A stretch of 62,986 nt of DNA, counting the filler, from Reticulomyxa filosa (lineage: Eukaryota > Protista > Foraminifera), in NCBI GenBank assembly GCA_000512085.1. It is 17 parts of 17 records of this genome, joined end to end, with 100 filler letters (N's around TTAATTAATTAA, not from the genome) between each part and the next. Parts side by side here need not be neighbours in the genome. Positions count along the whole stretch, not along the records: positions 1,651 to 18,118 come from ASPP01012214.1; positions 18,219 to 21,289 come from ASPP01021915.1; positions 21,390 to 22,613 come from ASPP01044807.1; positions 22,714 to 28,428 come from ASPP01004094.1; 13 more parts are not named here. One strand, 5' to 3'. This document shows positions 13,861 through 25,880 of this stretch, piece by piece. How positions within the stretch are numbered: the stretch's first letter is position 1; each line of letters opens with the position of its first letter. The notes under the pieces were generated by a model. The model worked only from the letters and a program-made list of their open reading frames with translations, had not been told where the DNA came from and did no database searches. Both the position numbers and the translations under genes were made by a program.

Positions 13861-14187
13861 ATCGACCAATTTCTTATAGAAATTGCATTTTACAAGTGAA
13901 ATAGGGGAGGGTTCTTGCATTTGTGAGAAAAATCTTTTGAACCTTCAAATTTCTATTACAAAAAATTCTTTACAAAGTTTCAAGCCAACATTTTCTTTTA
14001 CTTCACATCAAAAAATTAGGCTTGTACACATCAACAATAAATTTCCGAGCAGAAAATGGATGCTTTTAAGAGTTGATATACAATTGTCAAACAAAGAAAT
14101 TAAAAAATGTTATGATTTAAAATGCATTTCGCACAAGTGGATAAAAAAACTACGAAGAAAAGAACTCAAAAAAAACTGAAAAATATA

Positions 14188-16875
14188 TTACCACCATTCC
14201 CACCAATGTTGTGGTGTTCTAACACCACTTGTTGTTACATTTCCACTGTCGCCAGAAAGTTTATTTTGCTGAACAATTGCATTGAGATCGCTCGAAATAT
14301 TAGTTCTCAAAATTCCAAAGCGTTGTTCCAAGCTCTTCCACAAATCCTCGCTAGTCATGATTTGGATACCACTGCCTACATTCTCATTGCTCCTGTTCTG
14401 AGTCTGTGATCGGGAATTTTGAGGCGTATTTTCGTCACTTGATGGCACATCATTCAAGTGTTGCTGCAATTGTCTTAATTGATTGGAATTAGTTTGAGTT
14501 AATTCCTTTATACTCATGACTTCACGAAGAATTTGTGATGACAACGTAAGTACATCACCTTGAGTGATCGTTCCCGCTTTGTCTTCGTCACGAGTTTTCT
14601 CTTCTTGGTTTTGTGTCTCTTCGTCCGACGTATCAAAATCAGTGTCTTCGTCATCTTTCGCATTGTTTTTTTCCTTTGTGTTATGATGCGCTTTCTTCTT
14701 TTTATTGGTTTCATTTTTCCATATCTGTATTTTGTCTTGTATTTTTAGAACTACTGACTCAGATACTTTTTCTACCATTGAAGTAACATTTTCTTCGGTC
14801 CAGTTTCCCCATTGAGGCAAACCATGCGTTTCTGTAACGAATCAAAACAAAGTAACATCTATCAAATGGAGTATTTTATTTCATTCTCCTGGTGAAACTC
14901 TTGTTCTTTTAAATTAACCTTTGAGTCCAAATTTTGCCCCTTTCCTTTGTAATGCTAGCTTATTTTTTCCGTCAATATTAATTCCGCCAATTTGTCTATC
15001 TATTATTTGCGAACGGTTCATGCCGTGAAGGTCCAGCATTAGATTGGTTGTCTTTTGCTTTTGCAATTGGTTGTAGACGTGGTTGAGTCTTTCTCGATTG
15101 GACGTGCCCGAAGTGTTGCAAGGCTTGGCCAAGGCCGACAATTTCGGCAGGGGTCGTGCTGTGCCACCACTGTGCACTGATACATTGTCATCGTGCAGTT
15201 CCAAATCGCTTGTATTGCCCTCTGAAATGCTGGTCGCTTGTTGGCGTGTTGGAATGTCATCCAGATTTGGGTCGTTCTCGGAGCTGCCCTTGTCCAACGT
15301 ATGTTTGTTTGTCGCCGATCGAACAGCTGTTTTTTGGCGATGATAGCCATTGCCAAATGCCGATGCCCGTTTGTCGAATGTATACGTGGTATCACTCTGA
15401 ACACGGGCAGGTGGTGTAGATGGGATGTTTATCTCTGTGGTATTGTAGTGTGCCATTAAGTAATGTGTATTCATGTGAGCAACGTGAACATCTGTTGGCC
15501 CTTCCAAAGACATGTAAACACAGACAAAAGAATACCGCTTAAATCCGTAATGGACGAATGAGCCAGTTGCATATTCAATTCGTCAATCTGATTTCGCAGA
15601 GTCATCATATCATTCATATAAACATGATTTAAGCTCTGCAAGGAAGAGAGTTCGTCTTCGAGCTTTTTCGTGTTGTCACGCAATGCTTCGATGGTCTGCA
15701 CATGCGTTTGGTTTTCGATTGAAAATTTCGTGTTTTCGCGACTTAATTTGGTAATGGTAGCACTCTGACTGCGACTTGTTTCCATCAAATTGGCTATCAT
15801 TGCCTTTGCTTCTTGCAATTCTTGCTCGGTTTGCGCCAGTTGATTTTCCATTTCATTTCGCATTTGCTGCAATGTTTTTGTATGAAACGTACAATCTTAT
15901 GTCCGAAACACAAAGACACAGACGTCAAGCGCATACCACGTCGGAGGCCATTCTATCCAGACTGTCACTTCGCTCTTTATCCAAACGATTCAATTTGTCG
16001 ATGCATTTGGTCAACTCTTCGTTATCAAATTGCAATGACTGAATTTCTTGTGTCAGTTGCTCCACTTGCATTTCTATTCGTCTCTTTTCGTCCAATAGCT
16101 TCTCATTTTCCTTGCGATACTCTTCACACTGTTTTTGGGCCGGCTTTCCAAACTCGTTAATCCATTGCGTCAATTGCTGGATTTCTTGGTTCTACAGTCA
16201 CACAACGCTCAATTCTCTCTTCTTTTCCCACTTGCCAATGCACAACATATTATATTTTTCAAGGTGAAAGAAGATTTCGGAACAATAATTTACAAAAAAA
16301 AAAAGGCCCAATTGTCTTTACTTCCACCAATATCTTTTTTTTGTTGTTGCTGAGACTAAGAAATTTCCCGAAAATTCAAAGGACGGCAATGTAGACACAT
16401 AGTAATGAGTCTCAACTTTTCGATGAACAGTGTCATGAGATCTCAAATTAGTATATTCCGGGTCCAAGGATGGCTGCATATTTCCATTGATAATTTGATC
16501 TTGACCATTAATGTGCTCAGTCGTATTTAGATTGGGTTGTGGATTTCCTGCTCCGTTGTTATTGGTGTTGACGTTAGTTTGAAGTAAAAATTGTGTGAAA
16601 AAATTGGATTCCAACAACTCTGTATACTTGATTGCTCCTGACTTGTCTACGTCAAATGCATCAAATAAAGTTCGTAACTGTTGTCCGTTAGATTCGGGCA
16701 TCCATTCATTCATTAGATTGCGAAACTCTTCAAAGTCCAACACCTTATCATTGTTGGCGTCCGCTTCTTCAAACATTATTCGCAGCTTGTCTAGTAAATG
16801 TTCTGTTTCTGTTGCATTTGTAGTACTTGCCAGAGGTTGTGTAGTTTCATCTACAGCTGGACTTTGCTCGGTCAT
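14188..16875 (-). CDS. EF-hand plus long coiled-coil protein, multi-exon
   Basis: Two EF-hand loops (DANNDKVLDFEEF, DVDKSGAIKYTEL), followed by heptad-rich exons (15925-16173, 15536-15872) and disordered exons ending in PQHWWEWW. Confidence 0.7.
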
Positions 16876-17142
16876 TTTATATTCGATGAAGAATATTTTC
16901 TTCAAAAGCTAGGTTTAACGCTTGCCAAAAAACATCTTCGAGCACTCTTTAGAGCACACATTTCAGTAAAGATTTACTTTGTTTCTTTTGCTCAGTTTTC
17001 CAATATATAAGCGTTTTTTTAGCTCTTGAGCCCTCAAAACATCGTTGATATACACTATAATGCTTTTTCTTGCCCACAGTCTACCTTAACTATCAATGAG
17101 AGCGACGCCCCCTCATTCTAGAAAAGCATTGTCGATGATAAT

Positions 17143-18068
17143 ATGGCATCAAATGGCTCTGCGAAAAAAAAGGTAGGCCTTAAAGGACAAGATAATGAAA
17201 AGGCGAAAAAATTGATGCAAGAGAAAGAAAGACCAAAGTCAGTGAGACTTATTCGTTCCAACTCAAAAAAGCAAGACGACAAAACCCCATTGGGAGATGA
17301 TCAAGAAAAAAAAACACAAGAAGGAGGGAAGAAAAATCTTCCGGCTCTAAAAAAATCGAAAACTCTAAATCCGCCTTCAAAGAAAGACAAAGCGGTAAAT
17401 AAAGACAAAGCGGTAAACAAAGGCAAAACGGCCTTTGATGGCCTTCAATCCGGTGCAAACAAAGGCCGAGGCAAAAGAAGTGACGCAAAGACCACAGGCA
17501 AAGGCGCGATGGACACAGTCGCGGCAAAGAATAAAGAAAGCAAAGAGTTCAGCAATCGATGTTAAAACTATATCAATCCAAAGACCGGCACTTGTTGCGT
17601 TTGTTTGTTAAAAAAATGTCACGAAACGACGCTTATTTGAAGCTCTTTGGCAAGCTAGGCTATGCAGTGTGGAAAACAAAAGGCATTGTGACATTGAGAG
17701 ACATTATGTATGCGAAAATGTTAAATGAAGAGCAAGTCACAGCATTGGCAATGCGCGGATTCCCTGACCCAAAGGTTGGATATGACAACATATTTTTAAT
17801 TCATATGTTTATAATGTTATATTTGTTAGTACAAATTAAAAAAAGGACCACATTTGGTATTGTCTATATATATTATATGTGTATGTATGTAGTTAGTGAT
17901 AATATTGCGTTCAATGATATTGCGATGGCTGATCCGTAACATGAACTATATTCGTCATCACGCATTTGTGCCACGGAAGCAGGCACGCGAATTTAAGCCG
18001 ACGTTGGATGTGAGTTTGGAGGATTGCGTGCGAGTGTTAAGCAAAACATCGACGCCCAGTTTCGAATA

Positions 18069-18116
<48 letters not shown>

Positions 18117-18118
18117 TT
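17143..18118 (+). CDS. Hypothetical protein with Lys-rich N-terminus, 3' truncated by the contig end
   Basis: Consecutive ORFs 17143-17565, 17559-17939 and 17896-18174 with coding-like composition; divergent from the EF-hand gene. Confidence 0.45.
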
Positions 18119-18816
18119 NNNNNNNNNNNNNNNNNNNNNNNNNNNNNNNNNNNNNNNNNNNNTTAATTAATTAANNNNNNNNNNNNNNNNNNNNNNNNNN
18201 NNNNNNNNNNNNNNNNNNGAAAAAAATAAATAAATAGCCAAAGGAGTGCATAAATCGTATCTATTTTCCAGCACGAAATTGTTACTGACATGGACAGAAT
18301 AAAGTGCAAATATGATGCTCAAAAAGAGAATCAGATGCGAAGATTATACAAACATGTACATTGTGTCGTTTCATTTTAATTTTTTGTTGATGATACACCT
18401 ATTGATAAGAACAAAAAAAGATTTATGTGGTATGTGCAAAAGCGTTGCCAAAAAATTAGACGTCTTAAGGATTGGAAGATGAGTTGTTTTCTTATTTGTA
18501 TTGTTTAACTATTTTTCTAGGTAGTTTATCCTTTCTAAAATCGAGCAAATGTTGCTTCGGGTTTCTCTTGGCCATTCTTAAACCCTTAAATCAAATTATT
18601 TACTTTTATTTCAAATTTCTTTTATTTCTAACCAATTACGTAGGTATCTATCTACTTTATGATAACATGAGTCCAAAGCACGCATTTTGTAAGACGATTA
18701 ATCACCATTAAAAAAAAGAAAAAAGTCAAAATTTTGTAAAAAAAGATTATAACCTTGTTCACTGAGATTATATAGATTATTTTATTGTGGTTTTCATTCT
18801 TCATTTTAAATTGATA

Positions 18817-18914
18817 TGTTACAATTGACGCTGAAAAGATTTCCCTAAAATGAACCCCCTATGAACATTTATGTGTTTATTTTAGGGAGATCTTTTTAGC
18901 TGTCAATTGTAACA
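18817..18914 (+). repeat. Inverted repeat / long hairpin (39-bp stem, 19-nt loop)
   Basis: TGTTACAATTGAC-GCTGAAAAGATTTCCCTAAAATGAAC (18817-18855) pairs with GTTTATTTTAGGGAGATCTTTTTAGC-T-GTCAATTGTAACA (18875-18914), with one bulge and three G-U pairs. Confidence 0.85.
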
Positions 18915-19193
18915 ATTTAACTTTTCACATGTGTTTGAGGTATGTTAAAAAAATTAAGAATTGGCCCTAATTTCTTCTACTGTCAAATATGAATTTTTTG
19001 ACACTTTTTAGATTTGTAACATAAATGAAATGCTTTTTATTAATAGTCTAACTTTCCAATTTTTATTTCCAAAATTACCGGACTTTTTATTTACTTTTAG
19101 AAATTATTTTAACTTCGAACTACAATTTAGGTTTCCGCATATCTACACTTTTGTTGCTTTGACAAACTTTTTTCTTCCCCTCATGTTTGTTGC

Positions 19194-19750
19194 ATGATAA
19201 GCTTTCTTTTCTCTTATTCAATGAAGAAGCTGAGAGATTTGCATAACGTACTAACGTTGCTTAATTGTATGCTTACTCTGCTGCTTATCTCGCTGACGTG
19301 GCCTGTCAGCATCAGTGCTCTATCTCGCGTATGGTACGCTCTTGACGAGATATTCAATGAAGACACTCATTCTAACAACATGCTCGATTGACGTCTTTCG
19401 TCTATTGACTACGGCCAGTTGGACCATCTTTCCAAGGAAGAGCTCGCTCACTTGGCTGAAGTGATCATTGCAATGATCGATCGCAAATTTGGAATGTATT
19501 GTCGAATCGAAGAGGTCAGTGAGAAATGGGGATTTCGATCCCCAAGCATATCACGAGCATGCCAAAGAATATTCTTTCTCTTATCTCTGCCCGATTAGGT
19601 CTATGTGTGTTCTCACAAAGAACAACATTAAATGACAGTTGTGCTGGAACGCGTGGGACGACACAAGCGTATTTGGAGTTGTACAGGTATCTTTTTTTGG
19701 AGAGGTTTCTCATCGTGTTCACTAGTCTACAAGTCAAAGTGTAATCAATC
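19194..19750 (+). pseudogene. Stop-interrupted coding-like frame, unassigned
   Basis: One frame stays coding-like through in-frame stops at 19389 (TGA), 19596 (TAG) and 19629 (TAA); more GC-rich than its flanks. Confidence 0.35.
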
Positions 19751-20302
19751 AATTTTTTTCAGATGATCTACTTTTTCATCCAATCAAAAAAAAAAATGTA
19801 AAACGATTGCAATATACACAATACACAAACGCATACACAGATATAAATTTGATGATATGAAAGATGGTGGAATAGTTAGTGGGCATTTTTGCAGGCCTGG
19901 TTGCTTCAAACATTTTGTTCTTGTTTTTTTTTTTTTGGAAATCGTTGAATATTTATTATCGCCACTTTTTCCATTTAGATTTTTTTTTCTTTGATTGGAG
20001 GTCGTGCTTTTTTTAATCAAAGTATATTTATCTTCTTAAGTGAAAAGAATTCTTAAATTAGAAAAGAACCAACTGTTTTCGTCTTGGGCCGTAGTGAATG
20101 TACACAAAACAAATTCATTTTCCAATCAACTTGATATTTCAATAAATCGTTTGCGATCCATTTAAAATTTCGCAATTATATTCTTTTACCACAAAATCTT
20201 TCTTATTTTCATCTTAAAATGACTTTGTTGCTCATTGAATGTTCTTCAGTAGAAGTGGAGGGGACAAACGGAGAGAAAATCTTGAGTAAGCCCTTCAGTT
20301 AT

Positions 20303-21199
20303 TTAAGCGGCAGTATGAAAGCGTTGCTGGTGTTGGTAGTGCTGCATGTATTGAATGTATTCCTCTCGCTTGCGTTTAACGTCACAGCGAATACAAGTGG
20401 GACAAACAAACAAAAACGTTTCAGCCAACATATCGATATGAGCAATGCATACAATTATGTAACAGCAAGGCAAGCGCATCATCATTGCAAATTTCCAACA
20501 ATGTGTCGATACGATCAACCAACGATATTATACGTATTTTCCAAAGCACTCTGAGTGCCAATACAAAGCAATCCAAAAAGAGATTACAATCCAAAACGCT
20601 GACAATGAGTGTACTTACATTCCATTCGACTATACAGTTGACAGCGTACAAATGGATATCAACAGCGGCGACATTCAGGTATAACAGAAAAACAAATGAA
20701 AAAAAAAATAGTCATGAAAAAAAAAATGGAATGTATACGTATATAAGAGATATTAAGGGTAGAAGATAGATTGTATATGTTATTGATTTTATTTAGAAAT
20801 GACATTTAAAAAAAGAAAACAAAACTAACAGTATATCGAAGAATGGCAAAATGGATGTAATCATAAGCACGCTGCAATGAAATAGATTGTACAACAGCCT
20901 GTGTCAGCAACAGACACCAACACTAACTGCAGCCGCTGCAAATCTTATTTTCACAGTATTGCCTCATCATCCAGGCAAGCATCAATCAAATATTTGCGCT
21001 TTGCACAAATTGTCCATAATTTCGCCGCACAGTCTTCTGTCGAGCAGTTTTGCACTTGATTGCACTCAATACAAGGATCGTCTGATGGACATATGCCCAT
21101 GTCGCCAGTCGTTAACAATATCGCCCACACAACCAAAGTGCTACACCACCACAATGACACGATCTTTTTCGTCATTTTTTTTTTTTGTTTGTTCTTCAA
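20303..21199 (-). pseudogene. Degenerate or multi-exon Cys-rich membrane protein fragments
   Basis: Short ORFs 20951-21199, 20421-20651 and 20303-20518 with TM-like and Cys-rich segments in shifting frames. Confidence 0.3.
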
Positions 21200-22713
21200 T
21201 ACTATCTTTGCTTCAAAAGATCATCGAAATCATCAAGTCCAAAAAAATTCCTTACAATTTTTGTTTCAAAATTACTAAACTATTTATTTNNNNNNNNNNN
21301 NNNNNNNNNNNNNNNNNNNNNNNNNNNNNNNNNTTAATTAATTAANNNNNNNNNNNNNNNNNNNNNNNNNNNNNNNNNNNNNNNNNNNNTTTTTTTTTCC
21401 AAAATAAAAAAACAAAAAAGAACGACCAGCATAGTACAATGGAAAGTCGCAGCAACCCTAACAACACTAACACTAACAATCGCGATAACACTAACAATAA
21501 CAATAACTCGAGCAACGACATAAATATCAGTGTCTATAGCTTCGTTGTCATCGCCATCGTCATTGTCGTCTATTCACAATTCGCTAGTATTCATTGACAC
21601 GTGTTTCTTCAATTCGTCCATTCTGCACGCCTTGTCGTCATTTCGTCACAGCAATCGGGTGGAAGTATACAGCTTGATTGAGACAATCCTTTTATTGCCT
21701 GTGCTTACGTCTTACTCTCTATCCACTTTAATTTTGGTTTTGTTTGTTGTTTTTTCATGTGTGTCAGTTTTTGTTTTTGCTTTAATTGGTTATATCTGAG
21801 TTAGAGAGCAATCTTTTTGAATTGTTGTTGTTTGTTGTGCTTTATTTACTTTTTTTTTATTTATCCCACTTTAAAAGTGTGCAACTTTTTATAAAAATAT
21901 TTAACTTGTCACAACAAAAACGTCCGTATACAACTCTTTGTATTCATACCATAGATGCACAATCTCGAATAACACACCCTCAAAGATTTCTTAACCCACA
22001 TTATGATCATTCAAATTTTTTGATTTTGGAATCTGTTGTAAGAATTTGGATATTCTATTCGCTTTTCAAACCGTAAATTGGACAATTTTTCTCATAACAA
22101 AAGCTATTCTTTTGGTTTATTGTTTTTTAATATTATTTTTCATTCATTTTATCGTCTCTCATCGTAATGAATTTTCATCATAAAATACTTTTGTCTTGAT
22201 CTAACGTGTGAAATCCTTGAAAAACTCATCACATTCATTTTTATCAGTGTTGCAACTGTTCCTTTTCCAAATTTTTTTTGGATTGATAAAACAAGAAGTC
22301 GATTTGGACTAAAAAATTCACCCGCATCTTTTTATTTGCTTTTATTACTGTTATTTTGTATTTTGTGTGTAACGGGAAAAAAAAATTTAACATCAATACA
22401 TCATTTCTTTTTAAAAGAAATTATTTGAGACAAACGTCATTTCCAAAACATTGTAGGGCAATTCCCTAATATATTACTGAACTCTGAAAGAGTTGATGAG
22501 CCCCCAGTGGGTTAAACTTCTCCACCAACTTTTCTTCAATCTTTGTTTGTTTTTCTTATCTTTTTTGAGATATTTGCGTTTCTTGTTGATATTGTCTTGG
22601 ACATTTTACAATTNNNNNNNNNNNNNNNNNNNNNNNNNNNNNNNNNNNNNNNNNNNNTTAATTAATTAANNNNNNNNNNNNNNNNNNNNNNNNNNNNNNN
22701 NNNNNNNNNNNNN

Positions 22714-23085
22714 GAATACGATGAAGCCAATCCAATTGAATATTGTAAAAAAATTTGCGACTTGGACGAAGTTGTATTGGAAAGAAGACTTTGCCAATGA
22801 TGAAAACGTTGCTCAAGTGTTGCAAGAATGGATCAAGCAAATGCAAATTGACTTGAAGCAATATTCTTGGAATGGATTGCTTGATACCTTGCAAAACAAA
22901 TACAACAGTTACAAAAAAACACGGAAGCAAACCGCATGTTCAAGAGAAGGATTATTGAGCTGTGGAAATCTCAAAGAAATTCAACCTTCATAGCTTGTTG
23001 CTTGATGAATTAGCCGATCAAATCACCTTAATGGATTTCCGCATTTTCAGTCGTATCAAGCATACACAATGTTTTCAGTGCTTTG
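22714..23085 (+). pseudogene. RasGEF (REM plus start of CDC25 domain) fragment, frameshifted and truncated
   Basis: IQLNIVKKFATWTKLYWKEDFAND resembles the REM helix. After a frame change, DELADQITLMDFRIFSRIKHTQC matches the CDC25 N-terminal ELAxQxTLMDxxxF motif, then the similarity decays. Confidence 0.7.
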
Positions 23086-23328
23086 AATTCTGCTGCTATT
23101 CATAGATTAAAATTGTCTTGGGAAGTTAATTCTAAATATTTCTTTTTTATTATTTATTATTATTGCTATTGTTGATTGTGTTGCTTTATTAAACAAGAAT
23201 ATTCCTTATCATAAGTTTAGAAAAGTTTTTTGAAAGGTTAATCAAGTAAATAAAAATGTGAATTCCAGAGACAATAAATTTGACAATTTTTACACAGAAT
23301 GAATTTTTACTATTTCTTTTTAAAAACT

Positions 23329-23955
23329 TTAAAGACGTGAATAAATCGACGGAACAATTAGTGTATTTTCCAAAGAAAAAAAATGAACACAAGTAAAATA
23401 TACAACAACTACAAAATCTTCATTGGTGATATCTGGATAAATTTGTTTTAGTATTGTTTTTAGTTCTTGTTTATTTTTCATGTTTTCAATCTTTGCTAGC
23501 TCATCGGTAATATCATCAAATTTATGCAAACGGACAGAATGTATATAAAGAATGCCAAATAGTTTAGAATAGTCGCTACAAGTGGCCAATACCCATTGAT
23601 TGGGCGAAATAGTCCCATTGTCACTAAAAGGCTCATATTTCATCCAACGTGTTGTTGCACACTTTTGACGCGACCAAATTATTGAAACAAATCTATCTAA
23701 AAAATCTAAAGGCTTTAAATAATTAAGACGAGATTTAAAGTCAAATTCAATCGATATTGCTGCATCCGAAATCAATTTATTCCATTGTTTGTATAAATAA
23801 GGCCACAATTCTCTTTGTTTTTCTAAATTATAAACTTGTTCAAAAATACATTTTGAAACATCTTCATTTTTTACTTTTATATACTGTCCCAAACTATGAG
23901 GGTATTCTTGATGTTGTTTTATAAATTCTTTGTATTCTGTTTTTCTATCTCTTCT
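23329..23955 (-). CDS. ASCH-domain protein, YqfB (N4-acetylcytidine amidohydrolase)-like, with N-terminal extension; 5' exon(s) possibly at 24104-24395
   Basis: LDFLDRFVSIIWSRQKCATTR...FGILYIHSV...FDDITDELAKIENMKNKQELKTILKQIYPD...FVVVVYFTCV follows the ASCH GxKxxTxR pattern and the YqfB ExM...ELK..I..IYP...FYVIEF pattern. Confidence 0.75.
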   Translation of the reverse strand, partial: RRDRKTEYKEFIKQHQEYPHSLGQYIKVKNEDVSKCIFEQVYNLEKQRELWPYLYKQWNKLISDAAISIEFDFKSRLNYLKPLDFLDRFVSIIWSRQKCATTRWMKYEPFSDNGTISPNQWVLATCSDYSKLFGILYIHSVRLHKFDDITDELAKIENMKNKQELKTILKQIYPDITNEDFVVVVYFTCVHFFSLENTLIVPSIYSRL

Positions 23956-24934
23956 TCAATTTGTACGAAAAATATGTAAACAGGTTGATAATAACGATTC
24001 TTTTTTTGTTCATATTTTTTCATTAACAAATTCACATTATTAATTTTCAAAATAAAATAAAGAAAATTGAAAAAAGGCTTCATTATTTATGTGTTTTGTT
24101 CATTCATACCGAACGCATATCTTCAACCAATGATAATATTTTTTGTTGATTTGTCGAAACAATTGATGTCAAATAATTTTTATCTTTTGAAAGTAACGAG
24201 GGTTCACCCAAAACAGTCGCGTTGAGCAAGGTTTGAAGTCTTTTTAGTTCTGGATGTTTTGAAAGATGAGCAGGACCATTTAACACGACTAACATCTTTC
24301 TTAGAGCAAGAGAAGAGCAGGAAATAAGAGATTTTCAACTTTAAAAAAGTCCTTTTTTTCATGACATTATTCCACTTGATGCCACAATAATCCAATCGTT
24401 TTTAATTTCTATTCTTTAATTGGTTTTAATGAAATGAATATAAAAGTTATAATGATAGTTTGCATTTTCAGAAGATATTAGTATTTAAAAGTCTTTGTTT
24501 GCCGAAATAATGATATTGCTTTTTTTAATTTAAAAAGTCTCTTCAAATTATTTCAATATTTTGAATTGTTATTTCTTGTTTGTGGCTCCAGAACTGCAAT
24601 TTTTGACGTATACTAACGTTAAATATTCACTTTCATTGGTTTATTTCTCATTTCTATTGGATATTTTGCCACTTGAACCTTGTTCTTTATTTCTTTTGCT
24701 TGAGTGAAATTTGACGATCCAAAAGGTAGAGTCTTGCACCACAAAATGAGGAAATTTTTTTAATTGATAAAGATCAATGCAAAAATACAGTTAAGAACGT
24801 TCACCAAAAGACAAATGGTTGCTAGTATTTCAGGTTTTTGAGAATATTGAGAAAGGATAAGGAAAGGAACAGCATCTCCCAATCCCCACTCCCTTCACGG
24901 GAATGAAAAGCCTCTTTTTTTTTTTTTTGTAATC

Positions 24935-25633
24935 TCAATCATCAGTAATATCTCCTAAGTGTTCCGCAAGAAAAGTGATAGGCTTAAATCTGTCAAAAAT
25001 GTCAGTCCAATGACATTCATCCGCTGTCGAAGGCGGTACACGAAGAGCCGCATGTCCAAGACAAACTTTTCGAAAATGTGCAAACAAAAGAATTTTTTTT
25101 GTGTTTGATATTGTAACAAGGTGCATATAAATGGTAAACTCCAAAGAGCAAAGACAACAGTAATAAGCAAAGTTTGACCACCAGCAAAAGCGCATATTAT
25201 GATAACAAAATAAATGTACAATTTGGCAATGAATTTATTTTCCTTGCGTATTTGTTGATAATTCGACAACAAGCTGGCCTGAAAGCTTTTTTCCAATTTC
25301 TTTATTGTTTCTTTGCTCACTTGGACCCTCCTCACACGATTTGACAACACATTGTGTATCATTATCACACCTCCAAAGCACATTATTGATGGTGCCAGTA
25401 ACATTGGATTTGTTAAACTATTTGTTTATTATTATCTTTTTTAACATTGTTTTTTCGTTTACCACGTCATCATACCAAGCAACGAGAAGCAGGGCCAAAC
25501 AAATGACGCAATAGTTTCCAGCAAAAAAAGAAAGATTTGTAGCTATACGATCATTCCACTTCGAAGGAAAACCAAAACATTCCAAAAATACACTCCATGG
25601 GCGGATTATTGGAAATTGTGAAAAAAGATCCAT
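24935..25633 (-). CDS. PRA1 (prenylated Rab acceptor) family protein, about 3 exons
   Basis: IRPWSVF...P...RIATNLSFFAGNY, hydrophobic hairpins, and HAALRVP near the C-terminus. Confidence 0.85.
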
Positions 25634-25880
25634 CCTGTCTAACGAGAAAATTTGAAAAGGGGGGAGGCGAGCAAAACCAAAAAAAAATGACGTGCTCTTG
25701 CCCGATTGAAAGATATTACGAGCGTATTACAAAAGAGTAAAAAGTTTATTAATTAAGACGCTAGTTTTGAGAAAGCATCGGACAACAAAAGGCAAAATAG
25801 AAAGGAAAGGGGTGTTGTTCAATTTCAAACTTTTATAATCTGAATTTTGGCATTGTTCCCAAAATCTTCCTGAAAAGGAA

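Noticed and set aside
22000-22290. Protein kinase relic on the minus strand (FGKGTVAT...YFMMKI)
   Set aside because: Only vague subdomain I/II resemblance; no HRD or DFG motif and many stops.
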